From: Calditrichaceae bacterium
GTDB lineage: Bacteria > Calditrichota > Calditrichia > Calditrichales > JBFXGD01
Direction: 5' to 3'
NCBI GenBank assembly: GCA_050178385.1
Contig: JBFXGD010000072.1
Location: forward strand, 1 to 15,791
Length of the DNA: 15,791 nt
In this document: positions 1 through 6,699 of the stretch, piece by piece
Layout: each line of letters opens with the position of its first letter
Numbering within the stretch: the stretch's first letter is position 1
Notes under the pieces: model-generated
Seen by the model: the letters and a program-made list of their open reading frames with translations, nothing else
Told to the model about the DNA's origin: nothing
Databases searched by the model: none
Position numbers and translations under genes: made by a program

Positions 1-22
1 CTTTTCTCTTAACGCTCTTTAA

Positions 23-130
23 TTCTTACTTCCTACTTCAAGCACAGCGTGCTGTACCTCTACTCTTTTTTCTTTTTTCTTTTATCTTTTATCTTAAACT
101 TCTTACTTCCTACTTCTCACTTCTTACTTA
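23..130. repeat. Pyrimidine-rich degenerate heptamer tandem repeats
   Basis: C recurs every 7 nt at 65,72,79,86,93 (CTTTTTT/CTTTTAT units) and at 102,109,116,123 (CTTACTT, CCTACTT, CTCACTT, CTTACTT). The 17-mer TTCTTACTTCCTACTTC occurs at both 23-39 and 100-116. Confidence 0.85.
42..63 (-). repeat. GTAG-type REP-like short palindrome (single, degenerate copy)
   Basis: The minus strand reads GTAG-AG-GTACAGC-AC-GCTGTGC: a GTAG tetranucleotide followed by an imperfect 7-bp palindrome with one G-T pair. Confidence 0.4.
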
Positions 131-140
131 TCTCCTCCCC

Positions 141-1391
141 CTACTCCCTGTTTTCCCTGATCAGCTTCTCTGCCAGTTTCTGCATATCCACGGCGGCCTC
201 TGCGGGTGTCACCCGGCCTGTAAAAATTCCCTGGTATGCCGGCCGCATCGCGTCCCATATCCAGCGCATTTCAGTAACCACAGGCATTGGTTTACCCACC
301 ATTAATTGAGTAATGGCATTCTGAATCAATGGATTATTGGTAACAAGAGTATCATCATAGGCGGATTGTACCGATGGAATGGAACCTCCCAGCCTGGTAA
401 ATTTTAATTCCACTTCTTTTGTTGTCAGAAATTTGATCAACTCGACCGTTGCCTCCAGTTTTTCACCCTGCAGATTTTTATTCAGGGAAAAACCCATCGG
501 CGAAACAAGAGGAGTCGGCCACAAACCGGTTTCATCAATTTTCGGAATATTTGCCAAACCGATATTGATTCCACTCTTCATATATGTTCCCCAGGACCAT
601 GGCCCGTTTATAATCATGGCAGAGATTCCGTCCTTGAACAGCGCGTTTGATAATTCGTAATCACATTCCTTTGGGATAATCTTGTATTTGTTCGCGAGAT
701 CATAGATTAACTGCGCCGCTTTAACAGTGGCATCTGTATTTAAGGTCGGATTATAGTCATCGTCAAAAATCCATCCTCCGTAACCGCCGATAAACGGTAC
801 GGCGAAGAAAGGTTCCGTATAATTCCAGGCCAGTGCATATCTGTCCGGCCGGCCGTCTCCGTCAAGATCCTTCGTCAGGGTTTTGCCAAGAGTTATAAGC
901 TCAGAAATGGTTTTTGGGGGTTCTTTTATAATGTCTTTATTATACACCAGACAGAGATGATTCCCGACTCGATCCGCTATTTGATACAGATGTCCGCGGA
1001 ACCAGGTATTTGCCTCCAATGGCTGACTTAAAAAACCGGATAGATATTCTTTGTCAAAATAAGGCTCCATCGGTTGTATCACACCGAGTTCGACAAGCGG
1101 CCCCACATTATCACTGGCGCCGTGCAGAACAGCCGGCCCTTTTCCGGCCAGAGCACTGATAATAAAATTTGTCCGTGCCTCCTCCGGCGCGTAAAAAAGC
1201 TGATTGAACTCAAATTGTGGATATCTTGTGGAAAACTCGCCTAACAGTTGATCCAAAAGATCTCTTTCCACAGGTCTTAACGATGACCAAACAACAATTC
1301 TTTCTTTTTTTTCTTCGCAACCCATTAATATTAAAAGGATTACAAAAAATATCATCGAAAATGTCAACTTTTTCAGTTTTTTTGACCACAT
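141..1391 (-). CDS. ABC-type sugar-binding lipoprotein, maltose/maltodextrin-binding (MalE/SBP family 1)-like
   Basis: 416-aa ORF with a basic N-terminus, hydrophobic stretch and lipobox LMGC. Carbohydrate-SBP motifs include IVVWSS, GKGPAV, LVYNKDII.EPPKT..EL, F..G..AMIINGPWSW, FLT and PMPVVTEMRWIWDAM, resembling MalE MP..PEM..VW. Confidence 0.88.
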   Translation of the reverse strand: MWSKKLKKLTFSMIFFVILLILMGCEEKKERIVVWSSLRPVERDLLDQLLGEFSTRYPQFEFNQLFYAPEEARTNFIISALAGKGPAVLHGASDNVGPLVELGVIQPMEPYFDKEYLSGFLSQPLEANTWFRGHLYQIADRVGNHLCLVYNKDIIKEPPKTISELITLGKTLTKDLDGDGRPDRYALAWNYTEPFFAVPFIGGYGGWIFDDDYNPTLNTDATVKAAQLIYDLANKYKIIPKECDYELSNALFKDGISAMIINGPWSWGTYMKSGINIGLANIPKIDETGLWPTPLVSPMGFSLNKNLQGEKLEATVELIKFLTTKEVELKFTRLGGSIPSVQSAYDDTLVTNNPLIQNAITQLMVGKPMPVVTEMRWIWDAMRPAYQGIFTGRVTPAEAAVDMQKLAEKLIRENRE

Positions 1392-1430
1392 GTGGATAAA
1401 TTGTTAATTGTTGTCATAATTTGTGGATAA
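1391..1430 (-). promoter_or_regulatory. Two perfect DnaA boxes (TTATCCACA)
   Basis: TGTGGATAA at 1391-1399 and 1422-1430 is the reverse complement of consensus TTATCCACA. Both lie in or at the edge of the 49-bp intergenic gap. Function is inferred only. Confidence 0.55.
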
Positions 1431-1440
1431 CTTTTTGTTT

Positions 1441-3255
1441 TTACTCATCTACGCTGACTTTCTGGCTCAAATGACGAAACCATGTGAAATAAAGGGTGGT
1501 AGATATGGCCACGAGCAAAACGAGTAAAACGCTCAGTTTTGTCCAATCCCTAACCAGCAGCATCATCCAAGATAAAAACAGAATTAACTGCCAGGGAACC
1601 GCTAAAAAGATTGAGAATATATCCCGTTTGTTTTCTTTTCTTATTTCTCCCAATTTTTGATCAGAAAGCTTTGCGCGAATATGTCCCCAAAATCCAAAAG
1701 GACGAGTCACTTTGTAAAAATTGAGAAGAACCGAATCGTTTGTCGCGGGAGTGGCATATGTCCCCACAATAACACCTAAAAGCGAAATTCCGCTTGCAAA
1801 AGCGAAGGAAATATATTCCGGAACTTCAGGAAACAATAATTTCTGGACAACCGCGGCAAGCATACCTGCTACAGTTCCAATGGCAAAGCCATATCCGTTT
1901 AACCGCCACCAGTACCACCGTATGAGCATGGGGATAATCATACCCGCGCCGATACTCATGGTAATCCAGCCCCAAATTTCATTTATATTTTTAACTAGCA
2001 GACTGAATCCTAATCCCAGAATTACGATAAGAATACTTGACCAGCGCGAATGCTGCATCAATTTTTTCTCAGAGGCGCCGGGATTAATATACGCCTGATA
2101 AATGTCTTTCACCCAATAGGCCGCGCCGGCATTAACCGTCGAATCGAATGTGGACATGGCTGCCGCCATCAAACCGGCCACAAGAAATCCTTTTACCCCT
2201 ATAGGCACAAGTTCATTTATCACCACGGGCAGCACTTTTTCCGGATCACCGATAACTGAATGAGTCGCGCCGTATCCAATACCCATCATGGCAATGGCGA
2301 TGATAAAGGGCCAGCGGAAAGACAGCAGAAACGTCCAGAACAGAGACAGCAGACCCGCTTCACGATCATCCTTCGCGGCAAAATACCGTTGGATCATATA
2401 ACCGGAAGTTCCACCGCTGCCTTCAATGGTTACTTTGATCAGGTAAAATAAAATAGCGAGACCAAACAGATTATAAATAGAATAGGCTGAGTTCGGATCA
2501 ATATTAAGCTGCCATTGGGGAATGATGTTCGTCCACGCGTCACGGGTCATTTCAAACGCCTGATAGCTGCCGTCTTTCATTGGCAGCGAAATCAGAAACG
2601 ATTCCGGAAGCGCGTATTTGGTGAAAGCGATAAATGAGACAATTACGATAGTACCAAAAATGATTGTCCCCTGAAATACATCTGTCCAGACAACACCATA
2701 CAGACCGGATGCCACTGTATAAATCATTGCCAAAACAATCATAAGCGTAGCGGCCCAGAATTCGGATGGCAAGCCAAGCATGGCCGGGATGCCGAGAAAT
2801 TCGCCGATAAACTTGCCTGAACCGACTGCAAAATATGTGATCATGGCGATCGTCACTATGATAACCGAAATAGCCGCAATCAAACGGGCCACGTGACCGT
2901 CCCTGGAATCACCGAATCGTAATTTCATCCACTCCGCAAGCGTCATGACATGCGCTCTTCTGTTCCATTTTCCCATAAAGATCATGAGAAAAGCCATAAT
3001 CAGCGTCACACCGCCGCGGATTTCGATAAAAAATCCGCTGATGCCGAGAGCATAAACCAGAGCTGTATTGATCATTGTACCGCTGACATCCAGGTTTGAC
3101 GACATCCCCGACGCGCCCAGCGCCCACCAGGGGATTCCTCTTCCTCCCAGAAAATAGGATTCGATGCTTCCTGACGCCTTGCGCTGGAAGTAGAAGCCTA
3201 TTCCAACCATCGTCAGCAGGTAAACGACGACTATTCCATAATCCAGAACGGACAT
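1441..3255 (-). CDS. Sodium:solute symporter (SSS/SLC5 family), probably sugar
   Basis: 604-aa, highly hydrophobic ORF. SSS motifs: LDY.IVVVYL, SYFLGGRGIPWWALGAS, T..E....RF, YT..SGL.GVVWTD.FQG, QRYFAAKD.REA, G.KG.LVAGLMAAAMSTFDS..N. RBS AGGAG at 3262-3266. Confidence 0.93.
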   Translation of the reverse strand: MSVLDYGIVVVYLLTMVGIGFYFQRKASGSIESYFLGGRGIPWWALGASGMSSNLDVSGTMINTALVYALGISGFFIEIRGGVTLIMAFLMIFMGKWNRRAHVMTLAEWMKLRFGDSRDGHVARLIAAISVIIVTIAMITYFAVGSGKFIGEFLGIPAMLGLPSEFWAATLMIVLAMIYTVASGLYGVVWTDVFQGTIIFGTIVIVSFIAFTKYALPESFLISLPMKDGSYQAFEMTRDAWTNIIPQWQLNIDPNSAYSIYNLFGLAILFYLIKVTIEGSGGTSGYMIQRYFAAKDDREAGLLSLFWTFLLSFRWPFIIAIAMMGIGYGATHSVIGDPEKVLPVVINELVPIGVKGFLVAGLMAAAMSTFDSTVNAGAAYWVKDIYQAYINPGASEKKLMQHSRWSSILIVILGLGFSLLVKNINEIWGWITMSIGAGMIIPMLIRWYWWRLNGYGFAIGTVAGMLAAVVQKLLFPEVPEYISFAFASGISLLGVIVGTYATPATNDSVLLNFYKVTRPFGFWGHIRAKLSDQKLGEIRKENKRDIFSIFLAVPWQLILFLSWMMLLVRDWTKLSVLLVLLVAISTTLYFTWFRHLSQKVSVDE

Positions 3256-3366
3256 ATACCACTCCTAATCGTTTGCGGATGAAATAAATGGGTATAATGA
3301 CGAATTTTTCAATTAACCGATCGCGCTTCGATTAAGCCAATCCGATAATTCAAAAATTCAAAACAT

Positions 3367-3405
3367 AAAAAACTGTGCCGGTCACCCCAGGGACGACCGG
3401 CACAG
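3367..3405 (-). terminator. Rho-independent terminator after the T9SS cargo gene
   Basis: Perfect 11-bp stem CTGTGCCGGTC (3373-3383) / GACCGGCACAG (3395-3405), followed on the minus strand by T6 (3367-3372). It begins about 30 nt after the stop at 3437. Confidence 0.9.
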
Positions 3406-3436
3406 AAAATCAGGATAGACTCGTTGAGGCTAGCCT

Positions 3437-5566
3437 TTATTTAATCATGATCATTTTTTTAATGGCTGTGAATTCGCCTGCTTCCAGTTTATAGAAATAA
3501 ACACCGGATGCCACTTTTTTGCCATTGTTATCCAGACCATTCCATTGATCAACATGAAGACCTGCAGTCGCATTGCCGTCAATCAATGTTCTTATTTTTT
3601 GTCCAAGTACGTTATAAATATCCAATCTTACCTTACCTGATTTAGCAAGAGTATAGGTAATCGTAGTCACAGGATTGAACGGATTTGGATAGTTCTGGTT
3701 GAGAGTGTACACCTTAGGTAATGTTCCCAGAATATCATCCCCGATAGCTGACGGCATCTGATTTGTATAATCCCATTCAGAATAAAACAGAGGATCGATG
3801 CTGCCGAACTGTGAATGGATAAAAGTTGTATCACCGCTCATATCGATATTCTCGACATGGTTATTTCCGTAACCGCCTTCGTTGTCGCCGCCGTGAATAC
3901 CGAATTTAAATTCCTGGCCAATTGTCGGAACCGGTACAGCTGAGGTCAAATAGGTAATCATCGCGGTATATATTGAATCTCCGGCAACTTCGTCGCCATG
4001 AGTTCCGTCATCATACATAGTGCGAGCCTCATTGTCATAGAGCGTTGTACCCCATGTTTCCCATCCGCCTGTTGCCGGGCCATTAATTCGGACACCGTAG
4101 GTGATCACATCTTCAGGATCGGTAATATGAAATGTGCTTTGGATATCTTCCAGTGTGCTGCCGCCAAATTTAACCTGATAAAATGCCGGGCGAACATCAC
4201 ATGTATAGACAACAGTAATATCTTTGTCAATCGGAGTTGTATTATTAAAAGTTGGTTTTCTCCTCAGACTTGCAATATCATCCACATTATCCTCGACCAG
4301 TACTTCAGCACCAGTCATCAGAAGTTTTCTTCTTTCAGCGGATGACCCGCCATCACTATCGGTAAAATCAAAGAAAATTTCCTTAAATTCCTGGCCGTTT
4401 TTAACCAGATAATAACTATACTGCAAATCGTTATCCAAAGAACTTACCACCGTATCAACAATCGCGTAAACAGATGAAATTCCCTGGCGGATCATTTTGC
4501 CGGATGTATAAACATTATCCGCTGTGGCATTCCAGCCGGACTTTACGACAACCGTGTCATTTGATGTAAATGCGTTATCGGCAATGGCTTTGCTCATATC
4601 GGCTTTGAATGTAACTACAACAGTGTCTTCATTCGGCCTAATGATTGGCTTCATATTGTCAAACCAGAACCATTGAATGGTCGTGTCTTCACCGGTCCAT
4701 ATAAAGGGTACCGCATCTTCCCGACTGGAATTATGGAACATCAAAGACCAGTCTTCATCAATGGAACCGGATACGGTATCATGAACTACCAATTTAAATT
4801 GTACTCCAGCGCTATCGTATTTTAACGGTACATGGATTGCGGCAGAATAGAAATTTGAGGCAATCTTGCCATCACCGGGTCCTTTTGTTAACAGATATGA
4901 TGGCCCCCAGCTTAATTCACCTGTTTGTCCCCAGTCTGACATATTCGATCCGCGAACACCAACGGCATGACGGGATGGATCAAACTCTTCAAATCCCATC
5001 ATATTTACACGCACATAGAACACAAATGATGAATCATTTGTGGTGTACGGTTTAGCATATTGACCGGGTTTCTGCATAGACCAGCCATTAACAAACTGCA
5101 AGTCCAGAACGGTATCCGTTCCAGCGAAGCCTGACAGATCAAGAGTCCGGTTAGTAGTTTTTGCTTCTCCACCAGCTACCGGATCCGGACCCTCTGCAAC
5201 ATCGTTCTCCCAGCCGGTATGTTCCCATTCATCCCCGGATGCGACTGTACTGTGATAATTTGTAAAAAACTTGTACTTTAAGGCTGATCCTGCCGGTACC
5301 GCAAAAGTACCTTCCCAGTAATCACCGCCAACATTCTGCAAATACATGGTTGTATTCGCGTTCCAGGCAATCTCGACACCGGAAGATAACACATCAATAT
5401 TATTATCATCAGTATCGCTTGTTCCTCTGATCTGAACAAGACTTGTTGCCCCAAGTGTGTCGGGAACGGCGGCCACATTGGCCCGGAATGTGACATTAAC
5501 AGTCTGTGCACTCAGAAGAGCCGTTAACATCAGCAGTACAAAAACAGTAGAAAATGTACGCTTCAT
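3437..5566 (-). CDS. Secreted T9SS type-A cargo with four tandem CBM20-like (starch-binding-like) beta-sandwich modules
   Basis: Start moved to ATG 5566 (MKRTFS..., RBS GGAGGA at 5571-5576); signal peptide ends LSA|Q. Four modules share the pattern VTF.(V/A)(N/D)...V.(I/V)RG...W...(L/M)...(W/Y)....YKF. The C-terminus L.QNYPNPFNP.T.I.Y...IYNVLGQ.I..L...W.G.D..G..VASGVYFYKL.....KKM..IK is a classic T9SS type-A/FlgD-Ig domain. The CBM20 call is by pattern only. Confidence 0.8.
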   Translation of the reverse strand: MKRTFSTVFVLLMLTALLSAQTVNVTFRANVAAVPDTLGATSLVQIRGTSDTDDNNIDVLSSGVEIAWNANTTMYLQNVGGDYWEGTFAVPAGSALKYKFFTNYHSTVASGDEWEHTGWENDVAEGPDPVAGGEAKTTNRTLDLSGFAGTDTVLDLQFVNGWSMQKPGQYAKPYTTNDSSFVFYVRVNMMGFEEFDPSRHAVGVRGSNMSDWGQTGELSWGPSYLLTKGPGDGKIASNFYSAAIHVPLKYDSAGVQFKLVVHDTVSGSIDEDWSLMFHNSSREDAVPFIWTGEDTTIQWFWFDNMKPIIRPNEDTVVVTFKADMSKAIADNAFTSNDTVVVKSGWNATADNVYTSGKMIRQGISSVYAIVDTVVSSLDNDLQYSYYLVKNGQEFKEIFFDFTDSDGGSSAERRKLLMTGAEVLVEDNVDDIASLRRKPTFNNTTPIDKDITVVYTCDVRPAFYQVKFGGSTLEDIQSTFHITDPEDVITYGVRINGPATGGWETWGTTLYDNEARTMYDDGTHGDEVAGDSIYTAMITYLTSAVPVPTIGQEFKFGIHGGDNEGGYGNNHVENIDMSGDTTFIHSQFGSIDPLFYSEWDYTNQMPSAIGDDILGTLPKVYTLNQNYPNPFNPVTTITYTLAKSGKVRLDIYNVLGQKIRTLIDGNATAGLHVDQWNGLDNNGKKVASGVYFYKLEAGEFTAIKKMIMIK

Positions 5567-5600
5567 GAAGTCCTCCAATTAGTTATGGTTTAGTGGTTTG

Positions 5601-6623
5601 TTAGAACGCAATTGATAATGCAAACGTTTGTATATCATCCAGAATCCCGTAAGTTGCAAATGCGTAGTCCAGGGAAACCTGCCCAATCCCCGCCATGCGA
5701 TATTGCAATCCGGCCCCGAATGTCAATCCCTCCTCCGTATCTTCCTGAAACAAGGATTTATAACCGGCCCTTAACGCAACCATGTTTTTCCAGCTATATT
5801 CCGCTCCGACATTTACCGATTCCACATTATCCGTCGGATGCAAAGCGTCAGCGGCCAAAGTTACGCGGTTCATTTCCGTATTTATTAAATCATATGCCAC
5901 CCCGATCCTGAAAAAAATCGGGAGGGGATAATCATCAGTCTTGAGTCTCGCGACAAGCGTTTCATTGTTGCCGCTGTTTTCCGGATCCATATCGATTTGT
6001 CTTAAAAGATCATCCCCATCCATCCTCATTTCTGTTCCATAGTTCGAGATGCTCATACCCAGACGCATGTCATTAAAACCGGTGACAAACAATAAGCCAA
6101 CATCCACAGCGACCGCGCTTGCCGATTCGTTCCAAATATTTTGTCCAATGTATTTTAAACTACCGCCTAATGAGAAACGATCCGTCAATGCTCTGGAATA
6201 ACTTATTGACGCGGAAATATCCTGGGCATCCCAATATCTTCCGGTACCCTCTTGCTCAGTAGTCGTTGTGATTTCTTCTTCACCATAATCCAGCTGTGTT
6301 AAGCTGAAGGCAACAGCATTTCCGCTGCCAAGGTTAAATGTGGCTCCTATCCAGTTAAAATCAGTTCCAAGAAACCATGTGGTATGTGAAATCATTACTT
6401 GATTTTCACTAATATTGGCAATGGCTCCGGGATTCCAGTAAGCGGCGGTCACATCGTTTGCTAACGCCACATAAGCTCCTCCCATTGCCTGAGCTCGTGG
6501 GCCGACGGCAATGCCAAGAAACGGTGCCGCGGTTGTACCGACCTTATTCTGGGCGAAGCCAAAACTTAATATCAAAAATTGTATTACTATTGCCAGAACA
6601 AGCGATCTAAATTTAAATTTCAT
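5601..6623 (-). CDS. PorV/PorQ-family (UPF0164-like) outer-membrane beta-barrel
   Basis: Start likely ATG 6623 (RBS GAGGT at 6629-6633), with a signal peptide. PorV-family N-terminal signature GTTAAPFL.I.VGPRA.AMGGAYVALAND..A.YWNPGA, amphipathic beta-strands (SVNVGAEY, VALRAGY, LTFGAGL, SLDYAF) and a C-terminal Phe. Confidence 0.88.
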   Translation of the reverse strand: MKFKFRSLVLAIVIQFLILSFGFAQNKVGTTAAPFLGIAVGPRAQAMGGAYVALANDVTAAYWNPGAIANISENQVMISHTTWFLGTDFNWIGATFNLGSGNAVAFSLTQLDYGEEEITTTTEQEGTGRYWDAQDISASISYSRALTDRFSLGGSLKYIGQNIWNESASAVAVDVGLLFVTGFNDMRLGMSISNYGTEMRMDGDDLLRQIDMDPENSGNNETLVARLKTDDYPLPIFFRIGVAYDLINTEMNRVTLAADALHPTDNVESVNVGAEYSWKNMVALRAGYKSLFQEDTEEGLTFGAGLQYRMAGIGQVSLDYAFATYGILDDIQTFALSIAF

Positions 6624-6699
6624 CTTCAACCTCAACTCAATTTATCCAATTGGTCACCTTAAAGGTCATCATTTTCTGATAGACAATCATTTATAATTC

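Noticed and set aside
49..309. 86-aa plus-strand ORF rich in F/L/S
   Set aside because: It is a translation of the CT-rich repeat and overlaps the SBP gene antisense; no RBS is evident.
3437..5566. Glycoside hydrolase (amylase) call for the CBM-containing cargo
   Set aside because: No GH13/GH15/GH77 catalytic motifs are visible, and the length is accounted for by four small modules plus the CTD.
6646..6666. Short palindromes CCAATTGG and ACCTTAAAGGT between the large gene and the porV-like gene
   Set aside because: They are too short to distinguish from chance, with no U-tract or second copy.
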